A DNA stretch of 22,768 nt from positions 1 through 22,768 of the forward strand of contig NW_021836892.1 in NCBI RefSeq assembly GCF_006345805.1, in the 5' to 3' direction. The DNA is from Octopus sinensis (Eukaryota). The notes under the pieces are model-generated. The model saw nothing but the letters and a program-made list of their open reading frames with translations, had not been told where the DNA came from and did no database searches. Positions 1-10,438 of this stretch are shown here, in pieces. The translations under genes were made by a program, and so were the position numbers. Within the stretch, counting starts at the first letter, position 1. Each line of letters begins with the position of its first letter.

Positions 1-1451
1 GTGCATTCTACAATATAAATTGTGACATCAGTATTTGTAGGGTGGGTTCAACTGCTCTTATTATAGCTGTCTCCCTCAGTTTGGAATAACATGTTGGCAG
101 GTCAGCTTATTTGATGTATAGTAATGAAACACTAAAATTAAAATAATCTAGGACAGTTATCACTGCCTCTCCTAAGAAAGTTCCAGAACTTCTGAAATGC
201 ACTTTGTGTCTTATGGACCAAAATGGTCTCAGAAGGCCTGTGAAGATTATAGGGACTACCTCTTCCTGCAGAATCAGTGTATAAAAATAAATAGATAAAA
301 ACTGGCCTGTTTATCCATGTACTCAAGCTTTAGTGGTAAAATTGGTCAGGCTTTTGGTTCTTTTGCCAAGGGCACATAACTCTACACATCAGTTTGATTG
401 TTAACACCTTTTTAACTTGAGTATTTTGCAGAAAAATTGTCTTTTAATATAAAAAGTATTAATTCCAACAGTTGGCAAATATGTAAATATTTTTTCCCTT
501 ATTTTTTTTTTCTCTTTTAAAAACGGAGCCAATGGTCTGTGAACTGAGCCTGTAACCTGGTTTCAATTTTCACTTGCAATTGAGCTATTTTATTACATTA
601 GTGTCACTTGGAAAAAAAACATAGATGTTGTCAAAAACACAATTGTTTAATTTAAGGAATGTAGGAAATGGTCTTTTGTCATAAATAGGTCACAGTACAG
701 ATGACAGATTGTAAAGAGACATTTGCTAAAATGGCAGGATCAAACAAATAGTTGAGGCTGTCTCAGCTTCAAGGTATCTTGGACATTATTTAATATATTT
801 TTCTGTTTCTTTTCTAAGATAATTGTGTGTTATTTAAGGTAGATTTAGCTGCTATTTCTAGCAGTTTCAGCAGTCATATAGAAACTCCTTTCTTGGCGGT
901 AGTTTGTAGTGTTCACAGAGAGAAAGGTTAGGGCTCTGTGAATTTAGAATAAAAAAAATTTATGAATTTTTTTTATATCGAATGAATTTTCTGTTACCAG
1001 TGGCTTTTTGTGAAGTAAAATATGATACTTTAGGGATGGTCATATTTTTGCCAATTAACCACACGCACTATATATTTGGTCTTCACTTCAGCTTTATTAT
1101 TATTATTATTATTAATTATTATTTTAGTATCCATTGTTTGAAATCTTTCGTCATACATCCTGTGACCTCTTCAGCAACACTCCATCTCATGTGTTTCCTC
1201 CTGTTCTGTCAAGTCTACGTAGGTTGGAGAGTTGTTGAGATGTCAGACAAAGGACACTAATATGCCAGCATGAACAACAGATGTTAAATGATGATGATGA
1301 TGGTGAGGATGATGATGATGAATAAAGCTGAAGTGAAGATCAAGTATATGGTGCAGGTGTTTAATTGGCAAAATGACTGTCCCCAAATATAACAATATTT
1401 GTTTCAACAAATGATTTCACATCAGGAATCCTGCAAAACAAATGTAGAAAC

Positions 1452-1672
1452 ATCATCATCATCATCATCGTTTAACATGCGCTTTCCATGCTGGCATGGG
1501 TTGGATGGTTTGACAGAGGTCTGGAGAGCCAGCAGCTGCACCAGGCTCCAATCTGATCTGGCAATGTTTCTACAGCTGGATGTCCTTCCTAATGCCAACC
1601 ACTCCAAGAGTGTAGTGGGTGTTTTTTTTGTGCCTCCAGCACAGGAGCCAGTCAGGTGGGCCTGGCATCAAT
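1452..1672 (-). mobile_element. RTE-LINE-type 3' end, 5'-truncated, (GAT)n tail
   Basis: Reverse complement of the terminal ~200 bp of the RTE copy at 21553-22608 (gtggttggcattaggaagg...acccatgccagcatggaaa...gttaaacgatgatgat). Confidence 0.85.
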
Positions 1673-1879
1673 AACCTTAAACAACGAAAAAAAAAAATGG
1701 TAGTCATTTTAAAAATTGGTTGACTCAAGAAGACATTTACTAAAGTTTCAAATTCACAATTTTACATTGGCATCTTATAATTTTTTGTTTTGTTTTACTA
1801 ATTCCATCACCCCCACTCCTTTGTGCCACTGAAAGTTTTGACATTGGTTCCCATATGATAATTTGTTCTCTGTTTACAG

Positions 1880-1990
1880 GACAATAATAACCAGTTTCCT
1901 GAAAATAAAATAATTGCTCAAGAAGTGGGTAGAAACAAGGAATTGAAGCCATTTTCAAAGAAAGTAATGCCTTTTGTACAAGTTATTAAG
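1880..1990 (+). CDS. LARS1: Cytosolic leucyl-tRNA synthetase, internal exon (phase 0/0)
   Basis: tgtttacag| acceptor and AAG|gtactt donor; 111 nt encode DNNNQFPENKIIAQEVGRNKELKPFSKKVMPFVQVIK, matching the human LARS1 segment ANNGKLPDNKVIASELG...KKVMPFVAMIK (recalled). Confidence 0.92.
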
Positions 1991-2316
1991 GTACTTGGTT
2001 CTAATTCTATACAAATTTTGAAATTTTGCTATTTCCTCTATTTGGAATGTCTTTCCTGTCATTTTTTCCTTTCAAACTTTCTTTACTATTTTTTAAAATT
2101 TGCTTGTTTGTTGTACTTTTTTTTTACTCTTTTTTGTTTATCTAATCTTTTTAACGTTTCTCTCCCTCTCTCTCTCTTTTTTCTTTTTTTTTTTTTTTGA
2201 ATATTTTAATTTTGGATTTCTATCCTCTGACTGGAAACCCCGATGGGATTGACTTTGCCTCTCTAGGAATGGTCATTGGGAGAATGGTTAATTAGGTTAA
2301 CATTAATAATGTACCA

Positions 2317-2533
2317 AGGCGGTGAGCTGGTGGAAACAATTAGTATGCCGGGTGAAATGCTTAGCAATATTTCGTCTGTCTTTATGTTCTGAGTTCAAAT
2401 TCCGCCGAGGTCGACTTTGCTTTTCATCCTTTCGGGAGTCGATAAATTAAGTACCAGTTGCGTACTGGGGTCGATCTAATCAACTTCCCCACCCTCCCAA
2501 AAAATTTCAGGCCTTTTGCCTAGAGTAGAAAAG
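2317..2533 (+). mobile_element. tRNA-derived SINE family B (Meta/MESC-like core), full length with 18-bp TSD
   Basis: A-box-like head ggcggtgagctgg, B-box gagttcaaattcc, core gcttttcatcctttcgggagtcgataaattaagtaccag; perfect flanking direct repeat aacattaataatgtacca at 2299-2316 and 2534-2551. The Meta/MESC label is from memory. Confidence 0.88.
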
Positions 2534-2567
2534 AACATTAATAATGTACCAGCTGGGATGAGTATGT

Positions 2568-2798
2568 TTAACTCTTTAGCATTCAAATTATTTTGTCAAA
2601 TGTAATGCTTATTTATTCACATTGTTTTGAATTAATCATGCATTACCTCATAGCTTTGTGGTTTCAATAATAGGAAGGTTTAATTTTTGGAATAACATTT
2701 GTAGGATAGGTGTGAGAAGACAAATTCTGGCTAGTTTTAGCATAAAACAAGTAGAATATTTAGGCTGGATATGGCCAGTTTAAATGCCAAAGAATTAA
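2568..2798 (+). mobile_element. piggyBac-like MITE family E (strand = arbitrary reference orientation)
   Basis: ttaa-ctctttagcatt ... aatgccaaagaa-ttaa; at least 7 related copies in the window; TTAA flanks with CCC...GGG consensus termini are the piggyBac signature. Confidence 0.75.
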
Positions 2799-2998
2799 AC
2801 AGAAAGATTTTAAAATCTAGAATTTAAAATTGGTGGAACATCAAGCAAAAGGATTTACAGTGTTTTGTTTTGTCCTTCTGTGTTCTGAGCTGACTTTCTG
2901 TTCATGTTCAACTTTGCTATTATCTCTCTCTCTCTGGGTTTGACAAAATATTTACTAAGAATTTACTGGAGTTGTTTCAATTATATACTTCCCTCCTT

Positions 2999-3227
2999 TT
3001 AACCATTTCATTACCATATATATTTTGATATGATCTGTGTTTCTTTCTGTTATTTTAAATATAACAAAGAATTTAGTAAAATAACTTAGTTATCATCAAG
3101 CTAGTATTAGGAACATAAATTGTGATTGAGGTTTGGTGGAAGATCTTAATTCAAAACTTATGAAAACAAAATATTTGTACTACAAAGCCAGAGCCGGTTA
3201 CAGCTGGGTTGGTACTGAAAAGGTTAA
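2999..3227 (+). mobile_element. piggyBac-like MITE family F (strand = arbitrary reference orientation)
   Basis: Imperfect TIRs ttaaccatttcattacca / tggtactgaaaaggttaa including TTAA; a second, inverted copy starts at 20489. Confidence 0.65.
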
Positions 3228-3277
3228 ATATGCATCTTTTAAAAAATGCCTTCTTATATTAATGTGGAAATAAGGGT

Positions 3278-3420
3278 CATCATTATCATAGTTTAATGTT
3301 TGTTTTCCATATTGGCATGGTTTAACAGGAGCTGGACAGCTGAAGAGTTGTCCTAGCTCCACTAGTTGTTTTGGCATGGTTTCTATGGTGGGATGCCCTT
3401 CCTAATGCCTACCGCTTTAC
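3278..3420 (-). mobile_element. Diverged RTE-type 3' tail
   Basis: catcattatcat...ggatgcccttcctaatgcc motif shared with the other tail copies. Confidence 0.7.
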
Positions 3421-3810
3421 ATTAGGACATTTAGAGGTTATTCTGCCCTGAACAACTGGAAAAGATTAAAAGAGCAAGTGTTCAGGTGCAACAGAGGCAG
3501 CAATAATAATAGCAGATCCCAGATTCTAGTACATCACAGGTCACTTATTCTAAAGGTGGTGGAGGTGCTCTTGGAAGACACCCTGTCTCTCTACCTTAGC
3601 CTGATACTTCTAAAATTTTAGAAAAATAAAACATAAATAAATGAGTGGAAATCTTACTGGTGAGTGTGTTAAATTATAAGGCTCTAAAAGAGAATGACTC
3701 TCCCAAGACACAACAAAATGTGCTTCAACACATGAACTTACATAAAGAATCTTGCAAACCAAATCCAAAAACGAAATACATTGTTTTATTTTCATTTTCT
3801 CTTCTCACAG

Positions 3811-3915
3811 AAAAACTTTGAGCAACATGGGTTGAAAGCTCTAAATTTGACACTGCCATTTGACGAGAAACTGGTTCTGGAAATAAATGCATCCTACATT
3901 TTGAATACACTTCAA
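3811..3915 (+). CDS. LARS1: Cytosolic leucyl-tRNA synthetase, internal exon (phase 0/0)
   Basis: Polypyrimidine tract plus ctcacag| acceptor, CAA|gtaagt donor; 105 nt encode KNFEQHGLKALNLTLPFDEKLVLEINASYILNTLQ, similar to [35 protein letters not shown]. Confidence 0.93.
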
Positions 3916-3961
3916 GTAAGTTGTTTTTTGGTGCCAAATATGCTACCTTTAAAAGACAAAT

Positions 3962-4000
<39 letters not shown>

Positions 4001-4281
4001 CTTCAAACAATTATAAAGAATGTGGAGACTGGTACATCATCAAATATTTCTTTTAATTTTAGATTTGGTCATACAGCATAATTATAACCAACTGTAAAAT
4101 TAAAAGAAAGATTTGATGATGTACCAGACAGGATTTTAAATGACTCAAAACAATGTATATAAAAGCATTGTATTCTCCTATGTTCCAATAAATAGCAGTT
4201 TCTACCAACATGGTCATTTTCTCAATTTCTGTAATTGCTCAGCATTGCTATATTTAAGGGGAGCATTTCATTCTTTGAGTA

Positions 4282-4502
4282 TACTCTCTTTACTCTTTAG
4301 TCGAGCAAATCGACCCCAGGACTTATTCTTTGTAAGCCTAGTGCTTATTCTATTGGTCTCTCTCTTTTGCCGAACCGCTAAGTTACGGAGACGTAAACAC
4401 ACCAGCATCGGTTGTCAAGCAGTGATGGGGAACAAACACACACACGACAGGCTTCTTTCAGTTTGTCTCTACCAAGTTCACTCACAAGGCTTTGGTGGGT
4501 CC
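4282..4502 (-). mobile_element. SINE family A, truncated and internally deleted
   Basis: tagtcgagcaaatcgaccccaggacttattctttgtaagcc...cacaaggctttgg, same as the copies at 7190 and 8404. Confidence 0.85.
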
Positions 4503-4621
4503 ACATAGAAAAAAGGCATATTTATATTGAACTCCCACAAATTCCTCACCACAAAGCCAAGGCCTGCACCTATATGCAAAGTAAATACATTTATGTTTTT
4601 TCTTTCTTTCTTTTTAACCAG

Positions 4622-4720
4622 CTTAAAGAACTAAAGATTCGTTTTGCTCATGATTCAAATGATAAAAAGATAATCGAAACCTGCTGTCCTGGTAAACCAA
4701 TCATCTCACTCTATACAAGG
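4622..4720 (+). CDS. LARS1: Cytosolic leucyl-tRNA synthetase, internal exon (phase 0/0)
   Basis: ttttaaccag| acceptor, AGG|gtaagt donor; 99 nt encode LKELKIRFAHDSNDKKIIETCCPGKPIISLYTR with the conserved CCPGKP motif (human [29 protein letters not shown]). Confidence 0.93.
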
Positions 4721-4741
4721 GTAAGTCTACTTCTTTTATTT

Positions 4742-5231
4742 GTAAATCCTCGAGTATAGTCTGCCCTTGAGTATAATACGCAGGGGAGTTTTAGGGGGCT
4801 GTATCTCTGAAAAACCTAAACCTTGTGTATAATACACACCCCTTCTCTAACTTGAGTCGTGCGTAATTAAGCCAATAGCACCTAGTTGAACAAACACTTC
4901 CGCGCATGTGTAATACAATAATGGTGATGTTCTTAACTGTTATATGGGAATGTAAATATGTTTGCAAATTGTTTTTTTTACATGTTATTCTGTGTTCTGA
5001 ATACTTTAATTTTAATAAATGTTGCTTACTGTAAGTTATGGATGATTCTTTTATGACTTCACTGCTTTCAGGCTTAGCTTAAAGTATTTTCACACCCAAC
5101 ATCACAAAATGCGTCTGAATAAACATTGCCAGACAGAAGTATTTTTCATTTTTAACCTTGTATATAGTACGCACTAAGGATTTTGACCTTTAAATTTGGG
5201 GAAAAAATGTGGATTATACTCGAGGATTTAC
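4742..5231. mobile_element. MITE with 17-bp perfect TIRs, probably Tc1/mariner (pogo-like) superfamily
   Basis: gtaaatcctcgagtata (4742-4758) and tatactcgaggatttac (5215-5231); subterminal repeats gtataatac(g/a)ca at 4771 and 4827, related repeat at 5154-5174; no ORF. The superfamily is inferred from the right-hand terminus ...TTTACGG; TSDs are eroded. Confidence 0.75.
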
Positions 5232-5292
5232 GGTTTTTGTAAATATAGTGAAGAAATTTTGCTGGGTGTCACCAACTTAGTTGATTGTTCAT

Positions 5293-5548
5293 TGTCATCA
5301 TCATCATCACCATCATCATTGTCTATTTTCCATGCCGGCATGGGTTGAATGATATGACAGGCGCTGGCAAACCAGAGAGCTGCCCCAGGCTCCAGTTGTC
5401 TGTTCTGGCATGGTTTCTATGGCTGGATGCCCTTCCTAATGCCAACCGTGTTACAGTATGTGCTGGGTGCTTCTTATGTTCCACTGGCATGAGTGCAATT
5501 TACGCGGCACCTGCACGAGTACAGTTTTTCACGTGACACTGGCACCTG
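5293..5548 (-). mobile_element. RTE-type 3' tail
   Basis: (cat)n followed by ttccatgccggcatgggtt...ggctggatgcccttcctaatgccaacc. Confidence 0.8.
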
Positions 5549-5758
5549 CAAGACAAAGACCACACAGCTGGAAGAGGGAATGGGGGGGGGGGCATGGCTA
5601 TAAAGGACATACCTGTATGTATGGATGGATGGCTACAGTTTTATTTAGCTTAGTGGATTTTTTAAAAAAACCCTTGAAATTTCAATATACAAGATTATAA
5701 TATTTTTTTATCATTCCACATGTGTGAGTGTTGAGCAATGCAATAATATATGAAATAT

Positions 5759-5786
5759 AGTAGTGGTCGTGGTAGTAGTAGTGTTG

Positions 5787-5852
<66 letters not shown>
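5759..5852. repeat. (GTA)n/(GGT)n microsatellite
   Basis: Directly visible trinucleotide run; explains the poly-Ser ORF 5750-6025. Confidence 0.95.
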
Positions 5853-5855
<3 letters not shown>

Positions 5856-5879
5856 TGCATGATAATTTCATTTGTAATC

Positions 5880-6104
5880 ATAACACCTATTTAGCATTTA
5901 AACTGGCCATATCCGGTCAAAATATTCTCCATTTTATGGTTACACCGACCAGATCTGGCCTCTCACACCTGTCTTACAATGTCATTCTAAAAACAATCAC
6001 ATCATTGAAATATAAAAAGCTTTGAGATGATGCATGATTAATTCAGAACAATGCAAATAAATAAGCATTACATTTAAAAGAGTATTTGAATGCTAGAGAG
6101 TTAA
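5880..6104 (-). mobile_element. MITE family E
   Basis: tttagcatttaaactggccatatcc...aatgctagagagttaa; reverse complement of 2568-2798. Confidence 0.8.
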
Positions 6105-6208
6105 AAAAAATTATTTTTTTGCATTATTTTTGCTAAAAGTTACAATGTTAATCAAGAATCAAATGTTAATAATTAAATGTATTTAGTATCTTAAGTATCA
6201 CACACAAA

Positions 6209-6669
6209 GTGCAAGTGAGACCACTGCACTAGTATGGTCATGTGATGCGTATGGATGAGAACAGCTGTGTAAAAAGGTGGTGGAGGGAACCTGTGGAAGA
6301 GGTAGACCCAGGAAAACATGAGATGAGGTGGTGAAGCATGATCTTTGAACATTGGATCTCATATAGGTAATGACAAGTGACCGAGATCTTTGTTGATATG
6401 CTGTGCTTGAGAAAACCTGTCAAGCCAAGTAAAACCAAGGTCATGGTTGATGCCAGTGCCGCCTGATTGGCACCCGTGCTGGTGACACATAAAAAGCACC
6501 CATTACACTCTAGGAGTTGTTGGCATTAGGAAGGGCATCCAGCTGTAGAAACCATGCTAATATCAGATTGAAAACTGGTGCAGCTCTCCAGCTTACCAGT
6601 TTTCAGTCAAACTGTCTAACCCATGCCAGCATGGAAAATGGACATTAAATGATGATGATGATGATGATG
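6209..6669 (+). mobile_element. RTE-clade LINE 3' fragment (degenerate ORF end plus short 3' UTR)
   Basis: Encodes YGHVMRMDENSCVK...GTCGRGRPRKT*DEVVKHDL across frameshifts and stops; ends gttaaat-like junction plus (gat)n. Confidence 0.85.
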
Positions 6670-7189
6670 ACTGTGAAAAGATTTCCATGAGATTCATTCT
6701 CTGATGTAGGGGCAAAAAAAAAAAAAAAATAAGAAGGCAAAAATGTAGTCTTTTTCTTGTCTGGTTTCCATTGTAATGACAAATATTTTTTTTTACCTTT
6801 GTCAGTTATATATTGCAAAAGCTTTGCTCCATGTGTATTTTTTGTGTATGTGCATGTGTTTCTAAAGACAATGGTTGTCTCTTTCATGTTACTTGTTCTT
6901 ATTTATTTTGATTATACCATTTATTGTTCATTTTCATTTGACGCAACTCATGTTAAAACCAATTTTCATGGTAACATACACACTGAAGGAGAACTGGAAA
7001 AGGAGAGTATTATGTCAAAGATTTAACAAATATCACATTGAATTTGCTATGTTTTCTATAGTTTCTGATATGTGTGGTGAAGAAGTTTGTTTCCCAACCA
7101 TGTAGCTCTGGGTTCAGTCCCTGTAGTGGTTTTTGCTGGATTTGAAACTGTTAGGTGGAGCATTGTATCACTCTCATAGCAGGTGAATA

Positions 7190-7599
7190 TACTCTTTTAC
7201 TCTTTTCAGTCATTTGACTGCGGCCATGCCGGAGCACTGTCTTTAGTTGAGCAAATCGACCCCAGGACGTATTCTTTGTAAGCCTAGTACTTATTCTATC
7301 GGTCTCTTTTGCCAAACTGCTAAGTTATGGGGACGCAAACACACCAGCATCGGTTGTCAAGCAACGTTGGGGGGACAAACACAGACACACAAACATATAC
7401 ACACACAATACATATGTATATATATACATACGTAGGACGGGCTTCTTTCAGTTTCCATCTACCAAATCCACTCACAAGGCTTTGGTCAGCCCGAGGCTAT
7501 AGTAGAAGACACTTGCCCAAGGTGCCACACAGTAGGACTGAACCCGTTACCATGTGGTTGGTAAGCAAGCTACTTACCACACAGCCACTCCCGTGCCTA
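7190..7599 (-). mobile_element. tRNA-derived CORE-type SINE family A, full length
   Basis: On the minus strand: A box tggctgtgtgg, B box ggttcagtcc, CORE-like ccttgggcaagtgtctt, internal (TA/TG)n, tail (gagtaaaa)n. Confidence 0.9.
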
Positions 7600-7712
7600 T
7601 ATGTTCATTTATTTGACATCAAGTGAACTTTTCCTTTGTCAAGTGTTTTAGCTTGTGCCAGATGTATGTATAAATTACTCATTTTAAAGAGTATTAATTT
7701 TTCTTCTAGTAT

Positions 7713-7910
7713 ACTGCGATCCACGAGGAAGTGGCGTCATTTTTTTATCGCTTCAACAATATCATAAGCTTCTTTTTCAACAGCCAAATAGTGCTTCTCG
7801 GAAAAGTTGAGCATACATGAGAAAAGGGCAACTGGTTGGCCATCCTGGTTCAATGTAGTGGTGATAGACACATCGGACACATCCATTTCGACTAAAAATG
7901 GCAAATTATC
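7713..7910 (-). pseudogene. Ty3/gypsy LTR-retrotransposon RNase H relic
   Basis: Translates without frameshift as DNLPFLVEMDVSDVSITTTLNQDGQPVALFSCMLNFSEKHYLAVEKEAYDIVEAIKK*RHFLVDRS, matching the gypsy RH pattern PF.vetDASd.ai.a.L.Q.g.PVAf.Sr.L..sE..Y...EKEa.aiV.Ai.kWRhfL; W has become a TGA stop. Confidence 0.85.
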
Positions 7911-7934
7911 TCTTTTGCCGAACTACTAAATTAC

Positions 7935-8095
7935 CGATGGTTGTGTGTTTACGTTCCTGTAACTTAGTGGTTTGGCAAAAGAGATCGATAGAATAAGTAC
8001 TAGGCTTACAAAGAATAAGTCCTGGGGTCAATTTGCTCGACTAAAGGTGGTGCTCCAACATGGCCACAGTCAAATGACTGAAACGAGTAAAAGAG
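7935..8095 (+). mobile_element. SINE family A, 3' portion, opposite orientation to its neighbours
   Basis: gaataagtactaggcttacaaagaataagtcctggggtc...cagtcaaatgactgaaacgagtaaaagag. Confidence 0.88.
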
Positions 8096-8403
8096 ATTAG
8101 ATGATGATGATCATGATCATGATGATGATGATGATGATGATGATAAAGGCATGGTTGATCTTTGGCGATTTTGAACTCAGAACATATAGGTCCACTCATA
8201 TATGCTGCAAGCATTTTGTCTGATGCCCCACAGCATTCTGCTAATTCACTTGCTCATAATATGGTTCAGTAGCTCTTTGTTATAATCGAAAGGTAACCAA
8301 TGGAATCACCAGGGGAGTATATTCCAGGTGTGATAGATGGATGTGCATCACACACATCCTAAAATGGCAAATTCATTATAAATATCAACCTTGCTCGTTA
8401 ATT

Positions 8404-8810
8404 TACTCTCTTTTACTCTTTTACTTGTTTCAGTCATTTGACTGCGGCCATGCTGGAGCACCGCCTTTAGTCGAGCAAATCGATCCCGAGACTTACTCTT
8501 TGTAAGCTCTGTACTTATTCTATTGGTCTCTTTTGCCGAACCGCTAAGTTACGAGGACGTAAACACGCCAGCATCAGTTGTCAAGCAATGCTAGTGGGAC
8601 AAACACAGACACACAAACACACACATACATATATATACATATATACGACAGGCTTCTTTCAGTTTCTGTCTACCAAATCCACTCACAAGGCATTGGTCGG
8701 CCCGGGGCTATAGCAGAAGACACTTGCCCAAGGTGCCACGCAGTGGGACTGAACCTGGAACCATGTGGTTGGTTAGCAAGCTACTTACCACACAGCCACT
8801 CCTGCGCCTA
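8404..8810 (-). mobile_element. SINE family A, full length
   Basis: Near-identical in structure to 7190-7599; 5' terminus taggcgcaggagtggc on the minus strand. Confidence 0.92.
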
Positions 8811-9689
8811 TTTAATCACAAATCTTGATGGAAAACTTTTGTTATATCCCTAACTGAAATTTGGTGGCACCCAATACAATAACCACCATGCATCACTGGA
8901 AATCACTGGTTAACACCCTCCCTCCCCAAAAAAAAACTGAACATTTCCAGTATATTCAACTCAGTGCTATCTTCATCGTTTATGATTCTTAATAAATAGA
9001 TCAATTTGATATAAAAGGAGGTTTGAAGATTTTGGTTGACCACAAATTGCCAGCTCAGAATTTCTTACCTGTTTTTTGTTTTTTTTTTAATTTTTATTTT
9101 GTGTATTTATTTATTTATTTATTTATTTATTTTTTTTTTTTGCTTTCTATTTGTGAAATAGAACTGAAATATTTTACAAACAAACTTCTTCGTTGTTTTT
9201 TTTTTTTTTTTTTTGTGGTCACCAAAACAGTCAGATATTGACATGGAGTTGGTGTACAGTGAAGATTGATAGTATTCAAAAAAAAAAAGAAAAGCGTGCT
9301 TGTGTTTTCTGGAGGATGGATTAAGTTAAAGAATAAACAAACCATGATGTAAACAAAACTAGAATTCTCTAAATAGTTTTGTGTATTAAAAGCTTAAAGT
9401 TCTCTTTTATACTGATTTTCTCTTTTTGGAGGTTGTGGTGAATTTGTAAAGGAGCAAATGTGGTCTGAGCATGACTTCACAACCAGCTTTCTGGGTTTTT
9501 TTAAAAATTCTATTTGGACATCTTTTAGTTACTTTGTTAATAACAGAAGCGTTGGAAAGGCATGAATTCTTTCCAATCTTCCAAAATTAGGTTCCTCGTT
9601 GTTGTTGTCATCACCATTGCCGTTATCATTGTCGTCATCATCATAATCACCATCGCTGTTATCGTCATCATCATAATCACCATTGTCGT

Positions 9690-9932
9690 TATCATCATCA
9701 TCTTTTTAATGACCTCTCTTCTATGCTTGCTTGGACTGGATGGGATTTGTTGAGGCAGATTTTTTTTTATTTGTGGATGACCTTCCTGTCACCCTCGCCT
9801 GTTTCCAAGCAAGGTAATATTTCCCCCATGGCCAGATGTGTTTCTTTAAGAAGATTGGAAATGAACGACACTGCTTGTATGACAGTGACACTCGTTTACA
9901 ACTATCACATGTTATCAAGGCACGGAAACAGT
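9690..9932 (-). mobile_element. Repeat with RTE-like tail and a different body (family H)
   Basis: (cat)n-ttttaatgacc...ggatgaccttcctg tail, then cctgtttccaagcaaggtaatattt; a related diverged + copy lies near 21150-21240. Confidence 0.55.
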
Positions 9933-9989
9933 AACTCTCTCTCTTTCTCTCTCTCTCTCTCACACACATCACACACACAGTCTAATGCA

Positions 9990-10160
9990 TACATATATCT
10001 GTGATGGGCTTCTTTTGGTTTCTGTTACTTAAACCAACTCATAAAGCTTTGATTGACATGGGCTACAGTATAAGATACTTGGCTAAGGTGCCAAGCAGTG
10101 GGATTGAACCTGGAACTATATGATTGAAAAGCAAATTTATCACCACATAGTCAAGCCTGT
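9990..10160 (-). mobile_element. Diverged 5' half of SINE family A
   Basis: gggcttcttt...gccaagcagtgggattgaacctggaac resembles the family A head. Confidence 0.65.
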
Positions 10161-10438
10161 AGAAGTATTGTTTTTATTTTACCGTCTTGTAGGGAGCTTT
10201 GTAGTGAGGTAGTAGTAGTAGTAGTAGTAGGAATTTTTCAGAACACCAGAAGAACTCAAGACATCTCAGGACATGAGTGTAAGACAAAAGAGAAGATTTG
10301 TGGAGACATTCTACTCAGCTCCACTTCTATCATTCAATGCAAGGTGGACCTTGATGGCCATGGCTATTGTGCTGAGCACCAAACCATTTCATATGCTTTT
10401 TTTTCTATATATATTTTTTTGTAAAGATTTCTACACCG

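Noticed and set aside
138-326. ORF-track 62-aa ORF and the plus-strand frames in the same region as an upstream LARS1 exon
   Set aside because: No frame contains the expected TIYVAK.YP.WQ motif.
770-890. Old repeat (agatttagctgctatttctagcag), weakly similar in reverse to 18270-18380
   Set aside because: Similarity is too degraded to define boundaries or family from this window alone.
4721-4759. Read-through of the LARS1 exon giving VSLLLLFVNPRV*, superficially like human VSVSLVNPQP
   Set aside because: The VNP codons come from the MITE TIR and the start is a consensus gtaagt donor; coincidence.
10248-10400. Possible LINE post-RT fragment (RQKRRFVETFYSAPLLSFNARWTL)
   Set aside because: Only WTL and the spacing resemble RTE/CR1 motifs; not enough to call without a search.
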